Below, one piece after another: positions 37,570 to 51,569 of a DNA stretch of 64,000 nucleotides. The stretch's first letter is position 1, and each line of letters starts with the position of its first letter. The stretch covers positions 312,207,644 through 312,271,643 of the forward strand of contig NC_058133.1 of NCBI RefSeq assembly GCF_016433145.1, written 5' to 3'. Position numbers and translations under genes: made by a program. Below the pieces are notes generated by a model. The model ran no database searches. It had not been told where the DNA came from and was given only the letters and a program-made list of their open reading frames with translations. Origin of the DNA: Gracilinanus agilis (Eukaryota).

Positions 37570-38350
37570 GTTCTACATATATGAAGGAGAGAATTATAGA
37601 AAATGGATGGGATCTGCCTTGTGGAAGGCTTCCAAACTAAGACTGTGAAGTTTGTGTTTCATCCTAGAGAAAATAGGAAATCACTGAGCATTTTTGTGGG
37701 ATAGTAACTATTTACAAAGACAGATTAGGTTTTTAGGGATATCAATTTGACAGCTTTGAGGAGGTTGGATAGTACGGGGATATTTTTTCCATCAGGAGAC
37801 TCTTGCTATGATCCAGGTTATAGGTGACAGCCTGAACTAGGATGGAGGATTCATGAGAAAAGAAAAGCATGCGAATTTTGAGTGATTTTATGGAATAAAA
37901 ATTGACAAGACATGACACTTAATTAGATTGAGGGTTGATAAAGCCATCAACACAGGTGGAGAAGTTTGGAGAGGAATGGGTTTCAGGGAAACTCTTGGGC
38001 ATGTTGAATTTGAGATACCTAAAGGATGTCCAGGTGGAGATGTCTAGCAGCCAGTTAGCAATATGGAACTAAAGTTTGGGAATGTGATATAGATATCTTG
38101 TTGAGAGCTAAATATAGAGATCATGGAATAATCTAAATTGAAATGATGATCAAATCCATAGGAATTGGCAAAATCAAAGAAAGAGCATAGAGAAATAAAG
38201 TCCCAGTTTAGCACCTAGGGAGTTGCCTACTCTAAGTAGAAAGGAGGATGATAAACTAGCAAAGGAAGCTGAGAGAGCAATCAGGCAGGTAAGAAAAGAA
38301 CCAAGTGAAAGAGGAAAAGTTCATGAAATCCCCAGTAAGAGAATGTCTAG
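37570..38350 (-). mobile_element. L2 fragment
   Basis: catcctagagaaaataggaaatcactgagc..gggcatgttgaatttgagatacct..caggtggagatgtctagcag. Confidence 0.75.
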
Positions 38351-38873
38351 GAAGAAGTCATGAGTAGTTGAAAAATGTACAAACAGTACAAGAAAGATGA
38401 ATTTTAGGTAAAGGCTATATGATTTAAGAGGTGATTGACAATCTTGGAGAAAGAAGTTTTTACACTTTAATAGGGCATAATGAGTATATGTTAACTTTTT
38501 CACTGCTGTATTCATGCTTTTGTTCATGAATCATTTGCTATCGTTGTAAAGTTGTATATTATTGAGTCCTGAAATAACAGAGCTAGAGATTTACTGTCTA
38601 ATAACTCTCCTCTTTCCCAGATAAGAAAGCTAAAGCCCAAATTTAAGGGATTTGCCCAAAGTAATCTAGCTAGTAAGTTATAGGGTTATGTCTTTAAAAT
38701 TACATTTAGAGTTTATTGTTTTATTTATAAATAATATTTATAGATAAGAAGTCAGTACAGAGAAAACTAAATCAGGAAAATGATATGCCTCAAATAGATC
38801 TAAACTTAGGTCTAAACACAAGTACCTTGATACTTGAAAAAGTAATCAATGACAGCATTAAGAATTAATAGTT

Positions 38874-39585
38874 TGCTCAAAGGGCTTTAAAAGACTACCT
38901 GCCTTTTGATCCAGCCATAACACTGCTTGGTTTATGCCCCAAAGAAATAATAAGGAAAAAGACTTGTACAAAAATATTTATAGCCACACTCTTTGTGGTG
39001 GCCAAAAATTGGAAAATGAGAGAATGTCCTTCAATTGGGGAATGGCTGAACAAATTGTGGTATCTGTTGGCGATGGAATACTATTGTGCTTAAAGGAATA
39101 AAGAACTGGAGGAGTTCCATGTGAACTGCAATGACCTCCAGGAATTGATGCAGAGTGAAAGGAGCAGAACCAGGAGAACACTGTACCCAGAGACTGATAC
39201 ACTGTGGTACAATCGAACATAACGGACTCCTCTACTAGCAGCAATGTAAGAATCCAGAGCAAGGCGGAGGGACTCATGAGAAAGAAAACTAGCCACATTC
39301 AGAAGAAGAACTGTGGGAGGAGAAACACAGAAGAAAAACAACTGCTTGAACACATGGGCTCATGGGAATATTATTGGGGATGTAGACACTAATGGATAAC
39401 TCTAGTCCAACTATCAATAATATGGAATTAGGTCTTAATCAATGATACATGTAAAACCCAGTGGAATTGTGTGTCGGCTAAGAGGGGTTAGGGAAGTTTG
39501 GGGGAGAAGGAAGGAACATGAAACATATAACAATGGTAAAATATTCAAAATTAAAATTAAAACAAAAACAAAAAAAGAAAGAAAA
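38874..39585 (+). mobile_element. 5'-truncated L1 (3' end)
   Basis: ccttttgatccagccataacactgcttgg..ctctttgtggtggccaaaaattgg; A-rich tail; TSD AAGAATTAATAGTT at 38860-38873 and 39586-39599. Confidence 0.95.
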
Positions 39586-40149
39586 AAGAATTAATAGTTG
39601 TTTTTAATGTACCTGGTATATAATTTTTAAGACAAATATTCTAGTCTCCATTCTTTTCCCTTTTTTAATATTAAGTGAATTTCATTTAACTTACTTGAAA
39701 TTTAAAACCTAGTGTTATTTTTTGCTTTTAGTAATTATTTATATTTAAATAATTTTTTCCAAAGCAAAAACTAACACAATTTTCAGGCACTCCCTAAGAT
39801 TCTTTGTCCATTCATTTTCATTCACTTTTCTCCTCCTACTTTTTATATTAACCTTGTGTTAGAGGCATGTTCTGTCTATTATTATACCATCTTCACATAG
39901 TAGTATATGTTTATCCTAACTTCCAAAAGAGTATTGTTTAGAGACAGAAGGGTTTTTTTAGAAAATCATGTGACATATAAAATATTTTTGAGAACAACTC
40001 CCAATGTCTGTAGAGCTGTGCAAGTAAAAGGGAGCCTTGTATTGAACATTTTGAAGTCTCAAGACTTCTCTTTTACAATTACTCTGCAGTTGACCCTTTA
40101 GTCCTATTTTGAGTTACCAGATGAAAATAAGGTTTCCCCTCAAGTGGTG

Positions 40150-40164
40150 GTTGCTAACGGCAAC
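40150..40164. promoter_or_regulatory. RFX X-box-like palindrome
   Basis: GTTGCTAACGGCAAC, with TGACG half-CRE 7 bp downstream. Confidence 0.3.
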
Positions 40165-42149
40165 TGGTACTGACGCCAAAAGATGAATACTCTACCTCCT
40201 TAGTATAATGCCTACTTTGTGAGCTAAATAAAGAGCTAAATTGCAGAGAAGGGAGTTGGATAAATGTGAAATATCAAGAGAGCAAAAACAAGATTATTAG
40301 AAATGTAAAGTTGATTTTTTAAAAAAATTATTATCAGTACTAATGATAGCAATTGCCTGGTAGGCTGATCTGTTGGACACTTCACTCTTCCATCCACTGT
40401 GGCCAGAAAATTGACATCATTCCATCAGCCAGTACTTTCCCTTTTTTTTTTTTAACTCAGACCAAATATTGGCTTCTGGTGAATATGTAGGAGATGGATA
40501 TGTCCATGTGGACAATGTCTATGGAGAAGTATTTCATCAAATTTTCTTGAGTTGAAAGAAAAAATAATATATTGTCAGTAAAATTACTTGAAAAATAGGA
40601 TTCATTATTTGAGAAATTTATGGTTTATAGATTTAGCAGTCACTAATAGATAAAGGCCGCTAAGTAATAAATCATGTGTGCATTTTTTTAAAACTTTAGC
40701 TTGTCAATAGTAATTACATAATGTATTTAGACTTCTACATATTCTTTTTATAGTTAAAGTTATGCCATTACGGTACATTGACAATAGTAGAATATTCATA
40801 ATGGCATCTTAGTCTGCTGCTATTGTTGAATGGACCCATTTTAGAAATTTGATTTTGTTGATCACAAGCTGTGCCAATAGTGGATGTCTCTAGTAGTGGT
40901 AAAAAGCTCTTTATTTTTTGGTGGACAGATATAGGAGATTGAATGATAATTTTGCTTTAAAAAGCCATAATAACAGAATTAAAGTAATGGACAGTATTAC
41001 TGGTTATTTAATCCACACTATCATATATGAAAACTTAAAATATCCCAGCACTTAATGTTTCTCACTTGTTATTATTGAATCCTGAATAGAAATTATTAAG
41101 TAGAAAATACATCCATTTTCTGACTCTCTTAGGCAAGAAATTTTTAGGAGTTGCTCTAGTAATTTTCTTTCATCTTTGCAAAAATCATAGTTATTTAGAA
41201 CTAGTGCTCAATTTTGAAAGCAAGAGAGGGAAAGATTGGTTATTCTTCTGTAAATAATGATGCTGCATTTGAAAAATGAGATCATTCAATTTTAATCAGT
41301 TCTACAAAACCTTTATTACATGCTCATTCTATTCAGTAGTAAAAGCAAGTACTAGTTACTGAGGAAACAAAAAAAAATAATAATACATTCCTTATCTTCT
41401 AGGAGCTTACAGTTTAATGGGGGGAGGTGTGGAATGAATATACACAAATAAGCCTGATGCAGTGTTGAATGAAAGAGCAAAGAAGGTTTTTAGGTAAAGT
41501 ATAGTAAGAAGTAGGAGAAAGGAAAGATAAGAGGAGAATCAAGGACAGCTTTATAGAGGACATAGCTCTTCTGAGCAGAGCCTTCAGTGAAAATAATTTC
41601 AACAGTCTGACAGAATGGAAATGTTTTCTCAACTGGAAAGCTCAATTATATTTCTGATTATGCTAACTGAGGGAGGAAAGGGAAGAACAAATTTGGGGAG
41701 CAATTACCAACTAGTCCATTCTATCTAGAATATGCACTCTCTCTTCATCCTTATTTGCTGAGAATCTTGACTGTCTTCAGAGTTCAACTGAAGTGCTAAT
41801 TCTTCTATGGAACCTTCCCTGGATGGTGCCATGAAACCTCTTATCCTTTAGCCAAAAAGTTTCTGCTCCTAAAATATTTCTAGACTACTTTATCTATATC
41901 TCTTCTTTGCCACTTGTAACTTCTTACTTACACTGTGGAAGTTTTATCAGAATGTCACTTCTCCCCTCAGTGTCCTACAAAAAAACCTATAAATACATAT
42001 AATAATATAATTCTTATATAGTCTCAATTCCCTAAAAGCAGACATTTGTGAAATCTTTCTTTTTTCATTGTATCCTCCATGTATTAGAAGATATCTTGAA
42101 CAGAATAGGCACTTCATAGATATTTGCTGACTTGAACTTTTTGTTGAAT

Positions 42150-43500
42150 GTAGAATGCATGAAGAAAGATTGAGGAAAATGAAGATGAAAGGGAAGTTGG
42201 AGCTAGATTAGGGAAGATAATAAATAACAGGTTAGGTTAAGGATTTTGTCTGTTATGCTAAAGGCAATAGGAAATTTTTTGAGCAAAGAATTAAGATCAT
42301 CATAATGTGTATTAGGCAGGTTGTTTTTGAAACTGTGTGAAAAAAGGAGGTAGATGAAAGGGAATAAGCTGAAGCTAGGTATATTGGTAAGATTTTTTAA
42401 ATAATTTTCTAAGCGAGAAGTAATGAGAGCCTGAGCTAGTTTGGTAACAGTGGTAAGTGGTGGAGAGAAGGGAAGGATATAGTCAAAGGGAGATGTAAAA
42501 GCTCTAGACTTGGGTTTAAAGTTTGAAGTATAAAAAGAGGCAAATGTGAAGTGATGCAGAGAAAAATAAGCAGAACCAGAACAGTATACACAGTCCCTGA
42601 AATATTGTAGAATGTTAAAATGTGATGGACTTTGTTACTAACATCAGTACAATGATCCAGGACAATTCTGAGCAACTTATGAAAAAGAATGCTATCCACC
42701 TCCAAAGAAAGAACTGTTGGAATAAGAATGCAGATGAAAATATTTGATTTGTTACATATTTCTGTATATGTTTTAGGGTTTTGGTTTTATAAGATTATTT
42801 GCTTACAAAAATAAATAATATGGAAATATGTTTTCATAACCCAGAAAAAACAAATTAAAAATAACTAAAATCCTCTGTTGAAAGAGAAGGGGATTGGTAT
42901 GGAGTTGAAAGATTGGAGAGAAAAGAACAGATGAGGAGTAATCACTGTATGAAGTCTAATAGAGTCAGTAAAATATGAATCGAACTCTGCAGCAGGGTGG
43001 ACACATATGAGATCACATGAGTTTGGGGGATTTTTTTCAACAGTTCTGTGTAGCTGGGGAATAGGTTCAGAGAAAGGAAATGATGTAGCTGACATTAAGT
43101 ACACATTATCAGAGCAGGAGCCCTGGGAGAAGAAGGGACAAGAAATTCAAGGATAAGGGAAAATTCCTCACTATACTAAAACTATGAAGTAGAGGAAGAG
43201 AACCAAGTAGAGGGATGATTGTTTTGGAAAGCAGCGAGAGATTAAAAGATTGATATAAACCAAGATAAAGATAAAGGTAGGGAAGAGTAAAGTGATAAGA
43301 GGGCTGAAAGGGCAAGAGATTAGAGTTGGAGAAAGAAATTTCAGAGTTCAGTATTTTAAAGAAACATCAGGTTTGAGTAATGATGAGCTCTGATCTCTGT
43401 GAGTGACTAAAGAATGGCGACAGGCCCTATGATTTGGCTAAACTGAGAAGTAAAGGTGTTGGGAGTTTCATCAGTGTGAATGTTGAAGCCACTAAGTTTT
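42150..43500 (-). mobile_element. L2 fragments, interrupted by an L1 3' piece
   Basis: Purine-rich L2 text (gctaaaggcaataggaaa..gtaatgagagcctgagctag..) on both sides of the L1 piece. Confidence 0.6.
42548..42860 (+). mobile_element. Older marsupial L1 3' end
   Basis: gaagtgatgcagagaaaaataagcagaaccagaac..caatgatccaggacaattctgag..gaatgctatccacctcc. Confidence 0.8.
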
Positions 43501-43849
43501 ATGGTAGGGTTTGAGCTAAAAAGAATACTTAGCTTTATGGAATTAAGTTCTCCAAATTATAAAGTAAAAAATTAAAAAAGCATCTATTCATCATTTCCTT
43601 TGTGCCAAGCACTGCTATACTGTTATACTAGATAATCAAAGGTAAAATTTTCTGGCTTATATTCTTATATTCTTTTAGAAGGAAATTATATGTACACAAA
43701 TAATTATATATAAAATGTATGTAAAATAAATCTGAGTAATTTTGCTGAGTAAGAGGCATTAGAGATTGAGGAGATCTGGAAAAACCTCATATAAAAAGAT
43801 AGTGTGTAAGTTAAGCTTTGAAGAAGGCAAGGACTTCTAAAAGAAAAAA

Positions 43850-44030
43850 ATACTGAAGCTTTAAGGACTGCAAAGTATTTGTAAATATTATCTCATTTAG
43901 CCTCACAAATCTTAGAGAAAGGTGTTTTTATTATCCCATTTTGCAGATGAGAAAAAAAAGGCAGGTAGAGGTTAAATGCCTGAGGCTGCATTTGAACATG
44001 GATCTTCTTGACTCAGAATCCTTGTCTCTA
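43850..44030 (-). mobile_element. MIR SINE, antisense
   Basis: gtaaatattatctcatttagcctcacaaatc..ttattatcccattttgcagatgag. Confidence 0.7.
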
Positions 44031-44699
44031 GCACAACTTATGAAAAAAGAAAGAGTTGGAAAATGGAAAGTTATATATGAAGGACAGCAAACATGCTATA
44101 CGAAATGTTCTCTTGTTTTAATAGTTTCATTACTTTTTAAATGCCTATAATTCTGTATCAAATAAACATTTATTAGTTAAAAATAGACATTTTATTTTCT
44201 TCATTCTCTCATACCTGAATGCTATCCCTTATAGGTTAGCAGAACTCCACATATACTATTTGGAATAAAGAGTCAAGCAGCCACATTTCAACCTAGAATG
44301 TAACTCTGTGCATTGTGATGTTTAAATATATAATGTGTAATATGTTATTCTTTGGCACATATCCTATCTTAATTTTATTCTATCAAACAAGTGATTGATT
44401 ACACTGCTCATTTTTTAAACCACACTTTCTTTTTAGTTATGGCAATTCAGGGAAATTAGGGTGAACTAGATCACTGCAAATGGCCCTCTGAATACTAAAA
44501 GTCTGTGATTCTCTGATCCCAATGGCAACAGGCAACTTGGAGCAAAGAACTAGAAAAGAATATCAAGATTATGCAGCCCAGATTTCACTGAACCTTCTTT
44601 ACTATCAGATGGTAAGCCCAATAAGATACATCCTATACTGTAACTACTACATTTGTAAAGTCTTACTTTCTCATATTCAACAATAAGAAAAACACATTA

Positions 44700-44898
44700 C
44701 GGCAGCGAGGTGGCTCAGTGGATAGAGAGCCAGCCCCGGAGATGGGAGGTCCTGGGTTCAAATTTGGCCTCTGATATTACCTAGCTGTGTGACCCTGGGC
44801 AAGTTCCTTCACTCCAGTTGCCTAGCCCTTAGCACTCTTCTGCCATGCAAGCAATATTGATTCTAAGACAAAAGATAAGGATTTGGTTTTTTAAAAAA
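44700..44898 (+). mobile_element. SINE1_Mdo-related SINE
   Basis: ggcagcgaggtggctcagtggatagagagccagccccggagatgggaggtcctgggttcaaat..gcccttagcactcttctgcc. Confidence 0.9.
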
Positions 44899-46204
44899 AG
44901 AATGAGAGCTTAATAGAGTGATTATTTCCAACAGTCATTTCTCTCAATATTTACTAATTCAGATTTCCCATGAGAAATCCTTTTCTGTCAGGTAACAAGT
45001 CAGAGCACATACCACTTATGGTCTACTTTTAACTTTAATTTAACTTACGTATTCAAATGAAAAGAATAAAGACAATTCAATTGAAGAAAATTCCCAAGGG
45101 TTATGGCAATTTTGTACAAGTTCTGGCTGGTCCTACAAGTCTGAAAAGGTTTCATATATTGACCCAATGATGGACTCCACTGTTCAAGCAATAACTTAAT
45201 TAAGTTGGAACTCTCATCACTGGGTCAGCAGCATGGTGATGAGATTTTTTTTGGTCACAACTCTAGGGGGTAATCTACTAAGTTATAGAAGGATGGTGGT
45301 CTCTCTCATTAGCGGAAGTACCCATTCTAATGAAATTACAGATGCTCAAAGTATCTCAGATTACTGTCCCATCGATATCTATTAAAATTTAATTTGAACA
45401 ATTATGAAATATATTTTTCAGTTTACTGAAACATAAATGTAGCCAACCGAAAAAAGTAAGTACAAATATAGCCTGAAAAAGAAAAAAATGGTTTTTTCTC
45501 CTTTGTTTTAGAGTAGGCAAATTATGTAGATTTGGAAATTGTTACTCATCTTTATTTTTTCCTTTTAATTTTACAATGCAGCCTCTCTACAAAGTTATCC
45601 TCATGTTTTATACTATTGTATCGTATTTGATACTAATGTGATTCCAAGTCCCTCTGATACTTATAGTTATGAATCCCTATAGACATTATACAAAGTAGCC
45701 CTAACCTCCAGAACTCTGTGCTATAATTAATTATTTTAATTGAGGCAATGGAATAATTGCAGTCCTGAAGGAAAGCTTGCTTGGTAATAGATGGAAAACA
45801 AATGGATTTAAAGTTTCTTTCCCTGCTTTTTTTTAATCTTTTGAAAAATATATGTATAGTAATACAAATCATACCTTTTCCAGCATATTCCCAATTTGAA
45901 GAATATATCCTAAGGAGATCTTGTAAGGGGACAAGCCCTTGTTATGCCATGTGTTCCAGTTTTTGTTATTGTTTAGGGGAAAATATGATAATTTAAAAAG
46001 TAAAATGCATGCTGTGTTCCCTTTCTTCGGCTGAGTCTTTATGAAAAATACGTGCTAATAACACAAATATTCAGCTATTCAGAGGTTACAAAATATTTAG
46101 ATGTTTGGCATCAGACAGATTAATTTTCTGGATGATATACAATTTTCCAATATTCATCTGAGTGTTTGACCTTTGTATCTATCCATTCCTTTTTAAACAT
46201 AAAG

Positions 46205-46420
46205 GGCAATATGATGTAATAGAAAGAATATTGGACCAGGAGTCTAAAGATTTGGATTTCTAGTCCCAGCTTCACCTCATATTAATTATGTGGCATTGGC
46301 ATATATACTTACACTAACTATGCCTTGGTTTATCATATTTTAAATAAGGATAAAGAAGGCATTCTCACAGGTCCCTTATGGGAATTAAATGAGACATTAG
46401 ATACAAAACTTTGGGAGATC
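46205..46420 (+). mobile_element. MIR SINE
   Basis: gggcaatatgatgtaatagaaagaatattggaccaggagtctaaagatttggatttctagtcccagc. Confidence 0.7.
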
Positions 46421-49204
46421 TATACCCGACAGGAATTACTGTATTTTGAGTGTAGGCAGATAGATTGATATTCTAAATTTCAATATTTAAAGCATCTGTG
46501 TGGGCATTTCCTTCATTAATAAGGCTCTAGGCTTTTATAGATAATTTTCTTGAGTTTCTATGACTAAATAATTTATCACCCTGTGGTCAATCAACCTGGT
46601 TATAAGCCTCTGGGGACTTATAATAGGATAATATTTTGATGATAAACAGCCCATTTCTAAAACCATTCTTTAAACCTTTTTCCTGTTTGGTTTGAACCTA
46701 CCAATATTTGTACTCCAGTGACAAAGCCTTTGAGAACTCGAGTCACTTTCATGCCCAAATGAATTATTGGAGTTAGATCTAGATAGCGGATATGTCCTAG
46801 AGTTATAGGTTTTCATGGTATATATAAATAGAAACCATGAATAATTTCTCATGCATGCATTTATCATATTCATGATAGAAATCACATATCTATCATATTT
46901 ATGACTACAATACATGAATGAAATATCTTTATGTTTACACATATATTTTTACATGTGTAATATTTATACACAGTCATTATCAAAGTATAGCATCACCATT
47001 ATCTTCTTCACATGAAGAAATCAATTTCTATAATAGTTTTTATAAAAGGAAACTATACTTCTACAATAACCATCTACGTTAGTTTCAAGAAAAATTTGGT
47101 GCCAAAATTCAATAACATTTTCTAATGACAAGAAAAATGCAATAACTTTAGAAATTATATTGAGCCAGTGACTACCCATGCAAGTTGTTGAATTTTGTAT
47201 ACCCTCAGTCAAGTGCTTATATTTTCTTTTGTTCTTTATCCAGAAATATTTGATTTGGTGTGCATCATCTTCACATTGAGCTTCCCACAGTCTTCAATTG
47301 CCTTGATTTAATCAGTGTGTATTGGGTAGGGGCAAGATCACTAATAGAAAATAATGAGAAAGAGAAAATAATGAGACTTTGGACAAGGTAAGCAGCGTGC
47401 CGAGAAAATCTGACATGCAATTTGCACTTCTAGGTTTCATGGCAGCTTCTTGGAAACTGGAGGAAGCAGTTTTAATTACGTTGCCTTTTTTTGCCTTTGA
47501 ATTTTTACCTCACCTTTGAGAGATTCCTTTTCATTGTGCTTTACTATGAATTGAAATGTCATTATGTCCTGCTTTAAGAAGGATGGGAGAGGGGTCTGAA
47601 CTTCTCCAAGATTAAATTAGAGATTTACTGAGATTGTGATGTAAGTAATATTTTTTGCAAAATTATTTATTGCAGTTTCCTTTAAAGGAGGCATTCTTAA
47701 TGCATCTCAAATGTGATTCTACTGATAAAATTTGCTTTTCAAACAATACTATTCATATCTCAGTACTCCATAGTTTACAAGGCTGTCTAATAAATAATGA
47801 TAGATACTTAGATAGAAGTTACTCCTGAAATGCCTTAATACAGGTTTAAGCTTTAAGGAAATTACTTACTCTAAATTTGAACTCAAGGATTTTAAGTCTT
47901 GACTATCTTAAAGCTGCTCTAAGACCTTTGCAATACCCTATATAATTCATATAGTAATTATACTTATTGTAAATCATTCATGACAAGATTATTATTCACA
48001 CTTTCAAATCATGATATTTAAAGCAACATCATGATTTAATTTCCAGTTTTCATATCTGACAATGTTTATCATTGTTCTGTTGGAATAATTTTCTATGTCA
48101 ATTCACTCTGTGACATTGAAACTTAACAGAATTGTATTTCCTACTAAAATGATGCAAATATAATTTTTGAAATTATAATCATTAAATTCTGTTAGACTCA
48201 TATTTTAAAGATCATAGATTTCATAGTTGTGTTTTTAAAACTATTTTCTCTTAAGGTAAAAGTAAAATACAAATTCAATTCTGAATGCCTTTGAAACTAG
48301 TGATGCACTGACTTTTACCAAATAAATATAGCTAAGACAGTGGTAGGGAAACATTCAAGCATGAAGTGAAGAGTATGGTGAGGAGTTCATTGGAGGAATG
48401 AATGATGGCGATAATAGTGTTGTTGTTTTTTTCATATCATAGTCAAGACTGGCTGAACCTGCAAATGTCAATTTCTTATAATGCAGGAATCCAGGAATCC
48501 AAAATTCTCTGTTCGTGCCCTAAATAACTTGGGCTTTTAGACTTTGGGGACTTTGGTAGGTGAAAAAAGGTACAAAGGCAAAGGTGGGGTAAGATAAAGG
48601 GAACTATGAGAAAGTAATATTTGATGCAAAAAAGTCAGATAGATGATATGTAAAAGAATGAGAGAATATTTTTAACAGTTTTGTAGATGAATTAACTCAC
48701 TGCAGTTGCATCTCATTAATAGTTTTATCTAATTTTCTTAGTCATAGCTGTCACTTGTCAAATCTTAGAAAATGAGATCTTGATAAAATAAAATGACTTT
48801 TAAAAGATGTGTCCATTCAAGCCTGTAAGTACAGTCCACCAAAAATGGGTGGATTTTTTTACAATGATAATTATCCATGGTTTATTTTTAAATAAAATCT
48901 GAAAAGCGCCCCTATAAAGGTTTAGTTGGCATTTACATGATGATTATTATATGAAAGGCTAAACAATTCACAGGGAACAAAAAGGACAGATTCTTGTGAT
49001 TTAAAAAATTGGGAGAGACTAGTTTTAGAAAATCTTGGTTTTAATGTAGTAATCAAATACAAATTATGAAAAAGGACTATGATTTTTTTATGATGTGAAA
49101 TCTATCTACCAATGCTGATCACAATCTTTCCATCACTTAGTAGATATGCACTCAGGAGCTGCCTCAGACACTCAAGAGATTAAAAAACTGATCCAGGATT
49201 ATAC

Positions 49205-49441
49205 TGGTAGGTGATGGAGTAGAGTATCAGGCCTAGAGTCAAGAAGACTGGAATTCAAATCCAGCCTCAGATACTTTTTTCTAATTGGGTGACACTGAAC
49301 AAGTCACTCAATCCTGTTTGCCTCAGTTTCTTCATTTATAAAATGAGTTGGAGAAGGAAATGTTAAGCCACTCCAGGGTCTTTGTCAGGAAAACCACAAA
49401 TGAATTACAAAGAGGTGGACACCACTACAACAACTGAACAA
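49205..49441 (+). mobile_element. Mar1 SINE
   Basis: ggaattcaaatccagcctcagatac..ggagaaggaaatgttaagccactccagggtctttgtcaggaaaacc..caactgaacaa. Confidence 0.88.
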
Positions 49442-50203
49442 GCAGAAAAAATAGAGATAGAAGTTAAACCTGTCCTGAGATTCAAAATTCAGTGGTCAAT
49501 TTATAATACCATGCTATCTTCACTTCTTGATCAATGCAATACAGTAATAACTCATTTGTAAAGAAATGAACTTAAAACTTACAAAATATTATATTTATAT
49601 TATCTTTATAGATAGCTTGGTTCAATGGAAAGAGCACTGGATTTAGATCTAGAGACAGACTTATGAGATTTATACTACTCATGTGCCTGTGAAAATCATT
49701 ATCCCCTCTGAGACTCTCTTTTTAAATCTATAAAATGTAGATAAATAATGCGTTCATACTCCCTTTTCCCTATTCCTTCTCACTATGTCTAGACAAACAA
49801 ACCAAAAATTCCTGAAAGTCCAAAAATAACTATATCTCAATCTTCACTCTTTTTTTGGTCAACCTTGCCAATTTGGTGGGTATGAGGCTGAAATTCAGAA
49901 TCAGCTTATTATGTAGTTATTTAGTAAATCATGAGTGATTTACAGCTTTTTATATTGTTAGTGATAATTTGAATATCTTCCTCAAAAACTGCCTGTCATA
50001 TCTTTAGATCAGTTATCAATTGGGAATTGGCTCTGTTTTTCTAGAATTAGATATAAGATAATATTCATGATTAGAAATTACTTAGCTTTAATATTTTCTC
50101 ACAGGAAATACATCATAATTTATTATTTATGTACTTGTCTTATAACTTGTTACACTACTATAAAATTTTATAGCCAGTAACCTTGGTTAAAATTGAGTGA
50201 TTT

Positions 50204-50457
50204 TGTTGTTATTGTTTAGTCATTCAGTCATGTCTGACTCTTCATAACTATGTTTTGGTTTTTCTTGGCAAAAATACCAGAATGGTTTTCCATTTCCTTC
50301 TCCAGCTCATTTTACAGATGAAAACACTGAGGCAAATAGGATTAAATTATTTGCCCAAAGTCAGATAGCAAATAAGTGTATCTGAGACCAGATTTTAACT
50401 GAAGAAGATGAATTTTCTTGATTCCTGCCCTATATCTACTATATCATCTAGCTACTC
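50204..50457 (-). mobile_element. Mar1 SINE, antisense
   Basis: ttgttgtt..tcagtcatgtctgactcttc..ttggcaaaaataccagaatggttttccatttccttctccagctcattttacagatg. Confidence 0.88.
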
Positions 50458-50699
50458 AAACTTAGGTGATTGAGGAGATTATATGCACAAGTGTATATAA
50501 ATATATGTATATATGTCACACATTTTTTCTATATAAATGTATATATGTATTGTGTAAAGGAAATAAGCTAAACCTTTGAGGAAAATCATTTTACTCTAAT
50601 TTACCAAATAATATTTAATAAGCTTTAATGAGCAAGATATCACAGTTTTAGTGATTAATGAAGAAACAGCAAAAAATAGTCTTTGATTGCCTTAGAGTC

Positions 50700-51065
50700 C
50701 CAGAAGAAAGAATGACTGGGGAAAATGAGTCAGTAACATTTAACGAGAGGAGCAAATATCCCATCTGGGCTATATATGAGATAGTTGAACCTAAAGCCCT
50801 ACTTCTACTCTATAGGATTATTGTGAGGAAAACACTTTGCAAAATGTAAAGCATTACACAAATGTAAGGCATTATCTTTTTATTCACTGCCGTCATTGTG
50901 AGGTAAGAAGAAGTATTATCGTGTTTCATGGATTTTCCCCAGATAAGTGAACTGACACTCAGAGAGGTTAATTGATTTGTACAAGGTCTTGCAGCTAATA
51001 AGTGACAAAGCTGAAAGAAACCTAAGCATTCTGATTCCAAATATAGTCTTCTTTTCATTACCACT
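50700..51065. mobile_element. Two MIR fragments (sense then antisense)
   Basis: gactgggggaaaatgagtcagtaac..gtgaggaaaacactttgcaaaatgtaaagc; then aggttaattgatttgtacaaggtcttgcagcta. Confidence 0.55.
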
Positions 51066-51569
51066 GCTGCCTCCAAATTTGAGCTGATTTTTCCCCAAAT
51101 TCATCTTTAGTTTGACATGCCAAACATATATCTGTGCTGTTTAAAAGTAAACAGCAAATACAGGAAACAGCATCCCTTAATAAATTTTCCTAACACTTTG
51201 GAACCATCTTCTTAAGTATGGATTTCCCAACTCATTCTAAATGAATAAATGAATGATGCAAAAAAGATATACCAGTACCTATTATAAAAATGTAAATAGA
51301 AAGTGAGCCCATTTGGGATGCTAGCCACTACCAAAGGGTCCTCATTACAACAGTGTTTTAAACTATAATATGGTCTCAACTTCAAGGTAGTAAAATTCTA
51401 ACCAGGAACAGAATCTGAGAGGGAGAGGAGTGGGAATTGACCCTTGTAATATCATTAGTGTAAGGAACTCTTGCCATAGAATTACTACTGATGAATATTG
51501 GCAAACTATCTTTAATCAAATCAATGATTCTGTCTACATGTTGATATTTATTGAGTAGAAAACTGAAAG

